Positions 27,401-41,039 of a stretch of 64,000 nucleotides of DNA are shown one piece after another. A program made the translations under genes and the position numbers. Origin of the DNA: Antedon mediterranea (taxonomy: Eukaryota > Animalia > Echinodermata); the NCBI RefSeq assembly GCF_964355755.1, contig NC_092674.1:12834001-12898000 (forward strand), in the 5' to 3' direction. The notes under the pieces were generated by a model. That model was not told the DNA's origin. It made no database searches and worked only from the letters and a program-made list of their open reading frames with translations. Positions within the stretch are counted from its first letter, which is position 1. Each line of letters begins with the position of its first letter.

Positions 27401-27499
27401 ATTCTCCTGAAGATCCAATTTAGCACCAGCCTTGAGCAAAATAGTGCAAACATCTGTGTGGCCCTTTAATGCAGCCAAATATAAAGGTGACGCTCCATT
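27401..27499 (-). CDS. Ankyrin-repeat exon E5 (99 nt, phase 0/0): NGASPLYLAALKGHTDVCTILLKAGAKLDLQEN
   Basis: tttgtaatgtttcag|AAT GGA GCG TCA CCT...CAG GAG AAT|gtaagt; open frame. Confidence 0.93.
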
Positions 27500-27669
27500 C
27501 TGAAACATTACAAACATTATGTTATAGTAGTTTTTACTCTAAACAAAGTATTATAATATTTTCCTGCAATCAATACGATGTAATCAATTAAAAATAACGT
27601 TATAGATTTAAATAATGCTACATTGTATTGACGAGAGGTTCTGCCAATAGAGGGCTAAAATCACGCATT

Positions 27670-27945
27670 ATTCATTCATTCATTCATTCATTCAATCTTT
27701 TATTTCGGAAACTCTGGTCCATAGAAAGTAAATTACATATAAATGAAATAAATAAAATAAACAAAATTACTACTACTCATCTCAGGATGGCATTCCATCT
27801 GGAGAGCATCTTCGACTTAACTAAGACATTGCTTATAATCGTTGAGATTAAAATATGCACGATATTGTTTACGTGTTTTAATATTATGTATGATTTTCAG
27901 ACATAATTTTAAAAGCTTGCATGAAAATAGTGTAGTTTTCTCATC
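27670..27945 (-). mobile_element. Short LINE 3' fragment
   Basis: (TGAA)n tail with AATAAA; relic ...SRWNAILR; interrupts the exon-flank homology seen at E4 and E1. Confidence 0.55.
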
Positions 27946-28479
27946 TTCTAAATCAAATGTCAACTGTATACGTGAAGCATACTTTTATTGGATTGTTATT
28001 GTATTGTTTTAACAATACACTACATTTCAGTTCCAACTTATCCTTGCATACATAAACTTGATTCTTAATTGATATAACAATCCTTATTGCAGCTTAAAAG
28101 AAGCTATACTGGTAATGAGCGCAGTAACATCTGACAAACGGCGGGCTTTGATAACTGCTGTAAAATCAACAGGGGCTAAATTTGAACCAGAACACTGGGT
28201 TAACCCGATATTAATCACGAAAGATGCCCTGGATTATTTATCATCATGTTTTAAATCAGATGTAATTAGAATTCTATAGACCTCAGCTTCATCCCTATTT
28301 CTAGATAAATGCCATTCATACTCATTGATAGTTGGCTGGTTTATTTAGCAGAAACCAGACATCCTTTAACTTGCATCAGCTTAAACTTATTATAGCTTGA
28401 CCAAAATTATGCAAAAATCCCACCTCCTACCCTTGGGAGTTTTCTGCCGCTAGTTTAGGCCTCCTCCAAGGCAATTATT

Positions 28480-28971
28480 GTTATTGATTATACGAATTAC
28501 GTAATTAGTTAGCTTAGCAATGATCTATGCCTCAAAAGCTCGGACGAGTTAAAATTTGAGGGGAAATGTCATAGGTCAAGGTCACAACTAACAAAAAATT
28601 ATTTTACTGCCTAGAGACCACAGTTTGTATCCAATTCTCACCAAATTTAGCCACAATGATCAATGATCCATCATATAATTGTGGTTAAATTTTGAAGAGT
28701 CAGGGTCAAAGATCAAGGTCCACAAAAAACAAAAAAAAAAGAAATAAAAAAAAATAATAAAAAAAAAACTCGACCTCAACTGTGAGAGGCTGGATACATA
28801 ACCATTACACCAAACTTTCATCCACAACTTTGCAGTGTGCAGTTAGCCTATTTACACTTAGAACTAATAAAAAAAAAGTATATATATATATATATATATA
28901 TTTTCGAGAGACATTTTATGTAGGGGAATTTTACAGTAGGCGGAGGTTTGTACTCTCAGAGTACCCTCTAG
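28480..28971 (+). mobile_element. Helitron/Helentron-like non-autonomous element
   Basis: ggtcaaggtc motifs and a 3' end ggcggaggtttgtactctcagagtaccctCTAG|t. Similar Helitron-like 3' ends occur at about 35410-35440 and 52570-52601. The 5' boundary is approximate. Confidence 0.5.
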
Positions 28972-30694
28972 TTGGAACTGTTATTTGTAATAGTACAGGA
29001 CTAATTTAAATGCAGAAGCTCACAGTAAGTCTACGTCGTTGTACCATTGTTTCCTGATAATTGCAATGTAATCAGTTTTTATTATAGTGATTTCTGATTT
29101 GACAAATTAAATTTGTCAAAATCAGAAATCACTATAATGTATTACTGATGAGTTCAAGTTCAATCTGAAAACATCAATGATGACACACATTATAGCTAAA
29201 CATTAATTATTATTGTCAACATAATCGAGTTGAAGGTATTGCTGTATATGTACGTAAATATCATAGTATAGCATACTGACAAAAAACGTTACATAAGGTA
29301 ATTAGTCTATTTTCGTATACTAAGCGACATACATTTTCTATACCTGACATAATTATTTGAAGTATGTATATCCCAATATATTTGGTTGGTGTCATAATAT
29401 GCGATTTTAATCTCACATAAACATGCAATGAAATTCTCGTTATTGAAAAAAAAAATCTATTTATTAATATTAATATATTGTTTTCTCTTTTTACTTGGTT
29501 AGATAAAACATGTTACTAAGAAACGGCAAACATTCTAGTTTAAATTCTTTATGTTAAGTACCCACAGATTGCACTATTTTCTGTAAGCTTAAATAGATTC
29601 TCTTTTCGTTCATGTGTTGGGAATAGAAAATATTTCTCTTCAAACAGTTTACAAAATATTGGTACACAACAATGAACAAAAAATGTGTGTTACGTTCTCG
29701 GTTACGGTCACTAGAACCATTCTTGCGACTGAGTTGAACTTCGAAAATGCCAGTCAGATGTAAAAACAAGTTAAAAAGAATAAATTAGCAATTGTCACTG
29801 CATACTCATCCTTCAAACTAGCCGTAATCAAGCAAACACTCAATGCACACTCATTCAGATAAACAAAAAAATGCACTTATTTTCGGATGATTTTTTTCTT
29901 ACTTAATTTGTGTATTGTTTTATATTAATGTACATTGTTTTTTTTAATATTATGCCTCCAATTATATATTGGAAATAAGGATTTGATCGAGTCGACTTTA
30001 GATTTGCAAGTAACAGAGAAGCATTTCTCTTGTCCGTTGTCAGATGGTTATTGAATCTTTGTTGTTGATTTCTCTAATACTTATATGTAATTAACCGCTT
30101 TACGTCAATCTGTGTAGTAGGTACTAACAATATGTATTAGAACTCTAGTAACTGTCCTTTTCTGATATCTATCTTCGACTCAATGTATTTCATTTCTTTC
30201 ATGAATATGAACAGTTTATCTTAAATGAAAGTTGAATTGAATTTGAAATGCTTGTTTATTGTATTAACCATTGTCTGTACTGTTAGTATTAATTTCTTTA
30301 AAATGAATCTTATGAGCGTTAGTTTTACAGCAACAATAGTACTTTATTTAACATTTTATAATAAAAATAAATTACCCTAGATATGAATAAGTACAACACC
30401 GTGTTTGATATTATCAAGAAGTGATAACAGTAAACACTTGTATGAATATGCTTGATAAATAAATAGTCATAGCAGTCAATGAATTATTCAACAATTAGTA
30501 TAATTGTGTTTGTTTTAGAATACAATATTGTGTGTATAAATGTACGTGGCGGAGCGTTTATTAGAGGGTGGAGGTTGGATATTCCAAAGATGTTTTATTG
30601 GCATGGGGCGTTTATTCAAATATTTGCGGTAGGCCTAATTGGTATAATCAATATATTATTTAGTTTAAATCAAACACCAAATAATGACAATCAT

Positions 30695-32662
30695 TACCCA
30701 AAAAGAAAATTAGAATATTTAATAATAATAAGCCTTGGCTCAAAAAAGATGTAAGAAAGGAATTACTTAAGAAATATATTGCATCCAAAAACAAATGCAA
30801 CGAGATGGAAAAGAAAAAGATTCAAAAATGTGTAAATAAGAAAATCAAAGCATGTAAAAAAGAATATGGAGAAAAAATTGAGAACAAATGTCGGGACACC
30901 CGTCAGGCCTGGAATGGAGTTAGGAAAATTACAGGTATGGGGAAGAAAAATAATGAAATTGAACACAGTTTTAAACCAAATGATTTTAATATTTTTTATT
31001 CTAGATTTGATGAAATAAATTTTAAATGTGAAATGACTGCATCTGCTGAAGGGTTTACAAATGAAATGAATGATAAAAGTGCAATAAAAATTGATTTAGA
31101 TGATGAAATATATGGAAAGGGTAAATGTTAGTAAAGCAAAGGGTCCGGACGGTGTATCAGGGCGTTTGATTAGATCATGTGCCTCTCAGCTTTCACCAAT
31201 AATAAGCCAGCTTTTCCAGTGTTCACTGAACACGGGGGTGGTACCTGATCTATGGAAGGTCTCTGAGATCATACCTGTTCCGAAAATGTGTAACCCTAAA
31301 ATCATTAACGACTTCAGACCAGTGGCATTAACATCTATTCTAATGAAGATCCTTGAGAAAATTGTTAGAAGTCAACTAATGTCTGAATGTAGTGATTTAT
31401 GGATAATAACCAATTTGCATATCAATGTAATAGAGGGGTCGATGATGCTATTATAACCTTGTTAGACCTGGTGGTTTCACATTTAGATAAGAAGAGGACC
31501 TATGCTAGAGGGCTATTCATAGACTTTTCATCTGCATTTAATTTGATGCAGCCTCATAATTTAATGAATAAAATGTCGGAATGGAAGGTTAATCCTTACC
31601 TTGCTCTATTGGTTGATGATTTTCTTACAAATCGGCAACAGTATGTTAAAGTTGGTAAATCTATCTCAGAGATTAGAAGGATCAACACTGGTGCACCCCA
31701 GGGGTGTTGTCTGTCACCAAGTGTATTTACAATATATACTAGTGAATGTCGATCTTCATGTAGCATTGTGTCATATAATCAAATACGCAGATGACATGGT
31801 ACTGATTGGTCTATTGAAAAATGCTGACGATCATGTGTATAGGGCTGAATATGTTAAATTAATGTAATGGTGCAATGACAATTACCTTAAGATTAATTTT
31901 AATAAAACTAAAGAAATTATATGGGATTTTAGGAAAAAGAATAATGAAAAAAGTTATCTGATAGTTAATGATCAGACAATTGAACGTGTTCATGAAACCA
32001 AATATCTTGGTACACATATTGATGATCAACTTAGTTTTGAAAAAAATACGGCCGAGATAATTAAGAAAGGTCACCAAAGGTTATATTTCCTAAGAAAGCT
32101 AAAAAAATTTAATGTTAGCTGTGGTACTCTAAAATTATTCTATGAAACTGTTATTCAATCAGTACTAGTTATCTCTTTTATTGCTTATTTCGGTAATTTA
32201 AATGAAACACACAAGAAAGGTCTCATTAGAATTACTAAGATAGCATCACATATAATTGGTTGTACGGTTAATGATTTAAAATATCTTTATGAAAAACAGG
32301 TCCTAAGTAAATGAAGTAAAATTTTAGAAGATAAGAAACATCCATTACATATGATATTTTTTAAGAACAAGTCAGGCCGGTTACGGGCTCCTAGAGCTGA
32401 TACGTCAAGAAACCGACTGTCTTTTGTACCAAATTCAACTCATATTTTTAACTCAAAGATTGTTAGATCATAATAGCGCACATGCAATATATATTTTAAA
32501 GTTTTACTGTTGATGGATGTTTTAATTAATGTTTTTAAATTGTAAATTTGTTCTATGTATGATGTAATTATGAATGTTTTACCATGTTTTTCTGTCGAGG
32601 AAAACAATTGTTCCATGTACAATTTAATATATATGGAACGAATAAAGATTTGATTTGATTTG
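30695..32662 (+). mobile_element. Rex1/Babar-type LINE, 5' truncated, frameshifted RT
   Basis: GPDGVSGR, NDFRPVALTS, QFAY...GVDDA, FIDFSSAFN, TGAPQGCCLSP, KYADD, NKTKEI.DFRK. (GATTT)n tail; atcat duplicated at both ends; empty site at about 13617. Confidence 0.9.
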
Positions 32663-35600
32663 ATCATCAGTGGGCCGTTAATAAGAAACACGTTTTAAAC
32701 GGCTTGCAACATGAGCCAAAGCATCCCTGGTCTAAATGACGATGCAGTACATACAGATAGCGCGCATTCTGTTCAAACATAACAGGAACTCAACAACTCG
32801 GCTACCATTCGGCTATATTGATTTCTGATATAATTTTATATACTGATTTTACAATTTTCCCTGCAAAATACCTCGATGATGTTTTAATATGCTGAACTTT
32901 TTTTTTGCAGTATATTTTCATTTTTTTTAAACTACAGGCGTTGTCCGTGAAAAAAAAACCCTGCCGATGAAATTAGAAATGTTGTTTTAAAACTTTCTAT
33001 AATATCTGCCTGAGAGAGAAATATTATAAAATCTACGTTTCGCAGTACATCTGAAAAAGGAAAGGTAGGTATGCAAGGTTGAAATCTCAGAAATAACAAT
33101 ACTTTATATATATAGACACGCTAACATTGACCTCGTGGAGCACATTTAGCTCGTAGTATCATACACGTGCACATATAGCTCTTCGCGTTGGTAAGTCACA
33201 AACATATTAGTGATTTTTTTATTATTATAGTATTATGTAAATGAGGCTTAATAGTATGCCACATGCAATATGAATTGAGAAAAAGAAAAAAAACGACAAT
33301 TATTATTACTGTGACCGAATTAACGCTTTAAAAAAGCATTATTAAATACATACCGATAGGTCTATGTGAACGGCCGATACTAACCACGATACATTACTTT
33401 TAATTACTCTTTGTAGGCATACATTTAGTCTTTGATCAGTACATTGGATGCGTTATTATGTTGCTTGTAAACAATCATTCTACATGCTTTAGATCATAGA
33501 AATAATTACTTTGTTAGGAGTAACTGTACATTTAATGTACGATGATACTAAACAATTGCAATTGACATACTAAAAATAATGTAAACCAATATTGCTAGAG
33601 TTTAATTAAAGCAAAGGTTTCTTTTATGTTTGAATGCAATTATATTTAGCTAGACTTATTGTTGTATTAATTTAGATACACAATCAATGAAAAATGAAAC
33701 GTTCGGGAATTACCAATCGTGATCTTAGAAATTATATTCATGACTAATGTGTCTATTTTAATATTTGAAGTAATCTTTTCTTTATATTATGTCATTTGAA
33801 CAATTGAATAGAACATGAACTCAGTACTTATAGATTTTAACCCACGAAGCCTCAACCTTTGCAATCGAACATTTTACCGGCACAAACGAAGCAAATTGAA
33901 AAAGTCAACATGTTGCTGATCTGGTAGATATCATTGAAATGTTAGCGAAACAATACGCCATGTGTCTTAGAAAAGATAGTATTAAGGTTGTTTTATTTTC
34001 TGATGTCATCGGTAGACTTTTAACGGCGATAAAGTTACTTCCGAGTTCGTTATCACTTTGCGATGTCCGGGTTGCAACTACAACTTCGCTGTAGTCACAA
34101 TATAACCTTTGTACGAAACTCGTGCAGCCATCCCACATGTGAACGTGACATGTACATTTGATATACATTTGAGTCAAAATATTCCATATTTCTCTCTTTA
34201 AACAAACTAAAAAAATGAACTAATTTATATTAATTATACTGTATGGTTTGGCTATTAAATATTATTGTAACTCAGACTGTTTAAAACTTAAAGAAGAAAT
34301 AGCTCATAATGTTTAATATGTTATAAATTGTGTATACACTACGATACGACGTGACGTTATTATTACAGTAGTAGACAATGTATAAATATTATAATGTACC
34401 GATGATAAGCCGACTCGCAATAAAATTAATAATATTACAAGTAATCTATATATAAATTATGGTTAATTCTGACATAGGCGAGCACAATGCAAACACTTCG
34501 GTACAAATCTCCGCCTTGGATACCTACCTTATCTATCTCAGATGTACCGCGAAACGTAGATTTGATAACATTAGTTTTCACATCGACGCTATTGTTCCAT
34601 ATTTCAATCTTAGGAAGATATTATAAAGGGTTTTATAAGAAATTTTCTGATTTTAATCGGTAAATTTTAACTCTACGCGCGGTAGAAGTAATTTCCGGGT
34701 TCACGGTAAGGTGTTGGTTTCAACCAGGGAGTTGTAAAACAACTACCTGTTTCAAGTGCTTGGTGGCTATAGCCATTTTGTGTTTTTGTTTATTTTCGGA
34801 CCGCGCATGTGAAGGTATATAATAGTAGTATATAAACCCCGATAGCCGAGTTGTTGAGTAAGCTGCCAAGACTTTATGTATACTGTGCGCTATCTGTGTC
34901 CTGTCAGGACCCTAGGATACTTCTGCCCATGTTGCAAGCCGTCTAAACGTCTTTCTTCTTAGGCCACTGTGTCGCGGAATAATGTATTAATTATACCAAT
35001 TAAGATGGTATTTATTTGAATAAACGCCTGGAACACCTCCCCAATAAAACATCAATTAAAATAATTATCTCGCTACCAACCACACCCTAAATACATCTAT
35101 TAAACGCCCATCCACAATATTATATTTATAACCCAATTATACTATTTTTAGTAGATTTCTTCGGACTATTATCTACAATTTACCAAGCTTTTGTTATTCT
35201 TTCTTACAACTTTTCATATCTACAATAAACACTATACGCCTAAAACGCTATTAATCATCTAAGACACTTAGGTTAGTGAGTACGTTTAGTTTTACGAATA
35301 TCAAAAGCATAGTAACCGACCGAAATTGTCCAGGCCAGAATGTCCTTCTAAAACTGTTTACGACCCGAGTCATTACCATTCCGAGAACCATCGTCTACAC
35401 TTCCTAAAGGGGGAGCGAGAGAAGCGAGCTCACCCTCTAGTATTTATTATTAATATTTATAAAGATTAAACAAGTTATTACAAAGTGGGACACCAGTTGT
35501 TACAAAACCTTGGTTAATCTGACTTTCCAATTTCAAGATTAACCTTGACGAGGCAGCGGTGTTCCGAACCATGTGAGGGGTACAACCGTGCAGTTCTCGA

Positions 35601-35761
35601 CAATTTAGTTGCAACAAAAATGATCTGTAATATGACCCGCGATGTGGTTGCTTCATTTAGGTATGTTATTACTGGCACGCCCTTTAAATTGTAAAATTAA
35701 ACACTTTTTAAATCACACTTAATTATATAGTAATATTATTATTAATGTGTGTAACACTTAC

Positions 35762-35860
35762 TTTGGCCTGATGATCCAATTTAGCACCTTCCTTGAGCAA
35801 AATAGTGCAAACATCTGTGTGGCCCTCTTGTGCAGCCAAATGTAAAGGTGACCCTCCATC
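35762..35860 (-). CDS. Ankyrin-repeat exon E4 (99 nt, phase 0/0): DGGSPLHLAAQEGHTDVCTILLKEGAKLDHQAK
   Basis: tttgtaatatttcag|GAT GGA GGG TCA CCT TTA CAT TTG GCT GCA...CAG GCC AAA|gtaagt; open frame. Confidence 0.93.
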
Positions 35861-36520
35861 CTGAAATATTACAAACATTATGTTATAGTAAGTTTTTTCT
35901 AAACAAACTATTATAATATTGTCCTGAAATCAATACGATGTGATCAATTAAAAATGACGTTATAGATTTAAATAATGCTACATTATTAAATTAAATACGT
36001 ATACATTTGTCTTTCTTGTATAATATTTTTATATAAGTGCTTTATAAATGTATAAAACAAATAAGTGGGGTTTTTTCTGCCTACAAAGTAAACACTTCAT
36101 CCGATAGTGCTAACTAGTCTGAGTGTAAATTATGATAAAGGGGCGTTTGAACTGGCAGTTACAGCTAAAATATCCAGGATTCAAATTTTGTTCAGGTAAC
36201 ACATTTTGACTGCTAAATTCTTACCATTCAAGGTTTCATTTTACCGTTACTTGGAGGGGATATGTTTTTTTAAATGTTTTATAAAATCAAATAAAAATCT
36301 CGATTCATATCTATTTATTGTTACTGTATCATTTTGCATAAAATGCAGTGTTGCTCTACAGTACCATCCAAAAACAGAAAACTAAAAAAAAACCACGAAA
36401 TATGATTCTCCAACATTCAGTGCCCTAAAGGCATATGGTAACAATGATTACAGAATCTATTACGAGAGGTGATGGACCTTTTCTTTGAACGTCAAAATAG
36501 TGCATTGGATAGGTTGGGTC

Positions 36521-37657
36521 CAGTGGCGGATCTAGGGGGGTGAATAGGGTGGCTAGCCACCCCCCTTAATTCTCAAAAAAAAGAAAAAAAAAGATGCAAC
36601 CTAATCGCGATTGACCGTCGCTAGACGTGGAATAATCTTTTTATTAAGAAGAGTAGGCCTAGCTAGGCCCTACTAGAGCTAGGGTTAGCATTAATAGTTG
36701 TGTGTAATAGGCCTACACAGTGAAAGAGCTAAGAGTTCAATTACTATTATGAATTCAAGAGTTTAAAAAGAAAACACGATTTACAATCTTCGGAAAATAC
36801 CCATTTTCAAAACACACGCACTCCTAAAACTACCAGCGTCACGTTGTCGAGCTCGCTCCTCGTGTGAATGCTGACGTCATCACTCTCCAAAATATACCAT
36901 TTTCCATTGCAGTTAATTTCCGCCGCCCTGGTCCGTGTACAAGCGTTAGCGTGGTATATTTACACCCCTGAGTGGAGTGTAATATCATGGAGTAAAATTT
37001 TACTCCATGGTAATATCGGGAACTTTTTTCTCGCGCATGAAAGTTTTTTGTATAATATTATGGTATGCAGTATAAACGATAAAAATAAACGAGAAACATG
37101 GTGTTCTTTTATTATTTTATAGGCATAAAATAAACATGAAATGTCTTGTATGTACACGGGACGGCCGAAAAAAGTATGTGTATTTGGCGTTTTTTGATTT
37201 GTGTTATAGACACGGCGATTACTGCGATCATTGTATACCAAATTACATTGAGTTATTCACCCGGCTGTAGGGTATATATCTCTGAGGTTAACAGACCACC
37301 AAAACACGGTACACAACACATGCACTCTATCGAGGCATTTTCGGAGTACCGCATTACCAAATGTTCATTTTGTTTGAAGGTTTTTCGATCAAAGTTTATT
37401 ATTAGTTCGTCGAAAAAGATCCGTACAGTATTTAGGAAGGATGTATTTAAATTTACATTATGTAATATTTGTTATTAAGTGTGATGGAAACAGTTTCTCT
37501 AGCCTATTAAACAGTGTGTAAGCATCTATTTTTTCAAAAATTTTCGGAGCCTCGGGAGGGGGATACCCCCTCCCAAACCCTCCCCCGCTCGGTGCTACGC
37601 ACCTCGTTTGCCACTTTCGTGGCCACCCCCCCTCGTCAGATCCTAGATCCGCCACTG
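36521..37657. mobile_element. hAT-like non-autonomous element with 5-bp TSD
   Basis: TIR CAGTGGCGGATCTAGG / CCTAGATCCGCCACTG; GGGTC on both sides; absent from paralogous sites at about 2520 and 63688. Confidence 0.8.
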
Positions 37658-39043
37658 GGGTCCTCAGTAAAGTCTCTTAAAAAAATGAGTACTGTAGTCC
37701 TATACGTGATGCATAACTAACAATACGTTCCAGCTAATTCCTACATGTGGTCTCGGTAAACTATAAAACAAGGAATAATGAGAATACTTTTAATGACAGA
37801 TTTATAAAAAAAGATGTATGCATAATGTGACTTGTTTTATTGTTAAATAACTATGTAACTATGCATTTTTTTATAGGGATGTAATGGGATAAAATGATCA
37901 GCATTACATTTCCTTTCCGATGGATGGATGGTTCAGTGTGGAATGTCGGCCATTTTAAAATACAAATGGCATCTAACTCTTTTGAATTCAGCAACTCAAG
38001 AATAACAAAGTTAGCCAATAAAATCTATTTTGGCACACATATCGAGCTGGAGCTAGTTTTCTTTACATATGTGACTGTATTATACCGTATCATAATGTAG
38101 TATATTTTAAATTTTGACATGACATAATAAACATTGAAAGTTCTTTCTAACAGATTTTTTCTCGGGGTACTAATGTAATTGTACTATTGTATTGTTCTTT
38201 ATATCTACACAGCAAAATTCTGATTCAAAGTACAAAAACATACACTGTACTTACCAGATGGAGGACTGGTGTTTCTCTTTAAAATACCAAAATAAACTAT
38301 ATTATTCTCTTCTTTGGAAAAATTTGCTAAGCACTTTTTTAAAAAGCTTTCTTTTGTATTTCATTCCTCTTTGTCCCCTCTGTCAATGTCTGAACTAAAA
38401 TGCTAAGCTAAACCTATACACCTGTCCGTCAGTACAGGCATAGTAGGCTAGCCTAGACCTACTAGTTCCAGGCCTACAGTATTACTAACTAGGAAGGAGC
38501 CTAGGCTAGGCCTAGACTGCTGGCAGATTAAAATATAATTATTAATTAGGCCTACAAACCTGTTAAAATGTTGGCCACTTCTTCATCTATTTCTCGGATC
38601 TTCAACAAAGCGTCTTCCTTCGACATTATATTAGACTAATCTTACTAGGCCTATTGAAGCATTTAATATATAAATTGCGATGAAAGGTGTCTTTTACTTA
38701 CAAACTCTAGATTTTGAATTAATTACTTTAAAAAACCGTTGGCCATGATCCAGCCGGGAGCTAGGTCATCGACCACACACAGTGTTGTTTTTCAACTACA
38801 TAACCAAAAATTTATCGCTGGCCTTTTACCCAGAATGTATAAGGTCATTATACTGCTCAACGTTAAAGCATGGAGGTATAAACCTCCATGGTGGTTAAAG
38901 CAAATCTATAAAACGTCTGGACCAACAGTAATACGACAGACAATAATAATGACACATGTTTGTTGCAGTAGTCCGAAAAAAAGCGATAAGTTGGTGCCAG
39001 TAAACTGAAGTAGGTACAGTATTTGCTACCCTATTTGCTAAGG

Positions 39044-40124
39044 CAGGCCCGTAGCCAGGGGGGGTTTTTATGGTTCGGGCGAACCCCCCCCCCCCCTTTA
39101 CAGCGAACCCCCCATAACCAACTGCGAACCCCCATCCCCGACATGCCCAATACCTCACCCTCATCTCCAAAAATCCTCCAAATACGTGCCCCACAGTACA
39201 AAAAGTTGTTTGTAAATTGAAAAATTCGTAAACTTGTTCGTGAACCTTCTTCTCTGTATGAGCGTCAACTAGTGATACGTGTCTGTAAATTTCTAAAAGC
39301 TGCAAATGAATTGCCGATTTTAACCTAAAAAATAAATGTTTGGTCCCTGCATGTAACATGATATTGACGCGTCTCATAGCGAGCTGGCGCACGAACGATT
39401 CGTACAAAGGACACCGCCAGACAAACTGCGTACCTCCTATAATTGTTTAGATCACTGGCAGTCAGGCAGCATGCATAAAGTATATAGCCTTCCGACGTAC
39501 ATCAGTATTTATGTGTGACTATGAAGTATAATGTATCATAGAGGATTATAGTGAATATTAATATTTTACACTATAATATCTATTCTATGGTATCAAGTAC
39601 AGTACTGTAGTTCACATTATGGCATCCGATTATTTTTTTCTAGACCACCAGCCGATACGTACTAAAATGTATCAATATCACCTATTTACATATTTATATT
39701 CCTCAACAAATTTCTGTAAATAAATATTATAGATAGAGCTAGCAAATAGCATTTGTATTCGCCCAGTTTGCTTTTTTCGGGGCTGCTCCTAGATATACGT
39801 TCGCATTGAACTTGAACGCAAAACAAAATACGGAGTAAATGATCAAACAATCGGCGGTTCCGCACAGAGCACGCGCATCTAACATACGGCAACAAATAGT
39901 TATCGTCATTTAAATTATCGACGTGTTTGAGGAGGAGGAAAAAAGTACGATCTTTTTGCTCATTGGTTATAATAGCATGCTCGCACGAGAGTGTCTTTTC
40001 CGGCCATCTAGGGGTGTCATTTAACAAAATTCGCTTCGCATCAGGCTGGGGGAGGGGGGGGGGGGGGTTGACCCAAATATTTAGTGTCCGAACCCCCCCT
40101 TGACAGATCCTGGCTACGGCCCTG
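39044..40124. mobile_element. hAT-like non-autonomous element with 5-bp TSD, nested in the EnSpm relic
   Basis: TIR CAGGCCCGTAGCCAGG / CCTGGCTACGGCCCTG; TAAGG on both sides. Confidence 0.75.
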
Positions 40125-41039
40125 TAAGGCATTATAATTCAATTCATGGAAATACTCCGAATTTTCGAGTAACATGTGGAATTGGTGGTTCGCTGCCCGG
40201 CAAGCTTTGGAATTTACAATTCGTTTTACAAGCATGTCATAAGACGCCATTTTAAGGACGAGTATAACAATCGGCAACCTCCTGCAGTTGACGATGGAAA
40301 CATCAGTATATAATAAGTATGCCTGGAGAAAACGAGGATGCCAATTGAGGATGAAGTAGAACTAGGCCTAGACTAGGAGACTGACGAAGTTAATGAAGAA
40401 AAAAAACTATTATAACGGGGATGATTTATCAACTGACGATAGTAGTAGTGATAATTCTAGTATTGTTATACTGTTAATGATTGTTTAATATTAATGATCT
40501 TGTTGATGCTCAGCAAGAAGGCCTACTAACTAGAGGATGAACAAGCAGATAATAGTATAAAAAATGCTGATTTACTTCTACTAACATTAAAGGAGAGAAA
40601 CAAGATTCCACAGGTAAGCCATTTTGCTTTAAAATTACAACAATTATATACGTCTATTTCCTAGGCCTTGCTGGTACTGTTATTATACAGGACTATTAGC
40701 TATAGTAACTATAGGACTTGGGGCCTAGGCCTAGGCGGATCGATCCGCCTAGGCATTATACACTCTAAGTTTATGTTGCATTTTTTTGTGACCAATTTCA
40801 TTGTTACAAATAACATTTTTTTTGTTAGGCTGCATAGCTCCCCAACTAAAGCACAACTTAGTTTTTAAACATATTAAAACTTGAATATAAAAAATATTAA
40901 ATCAATATTATTTTCTTTAGGTTGCAGTGCAATCGATTATTCAAAGCACAAACAGTTTGATTACCCAGATTCTTTCATCAGTTGAAACTGAAGTGCTAAC
41001 TGCTCTACCGTTGTGTGAATATAAGGATATTGACAATCT

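Noticed and set aside
27218-27469. Plus-strand ORFs overlapping ankyrin exons (also 62478..62702)
   Set aside because: Antisense shadows; the splice sites and ankyrin consensus are on the minus strand.
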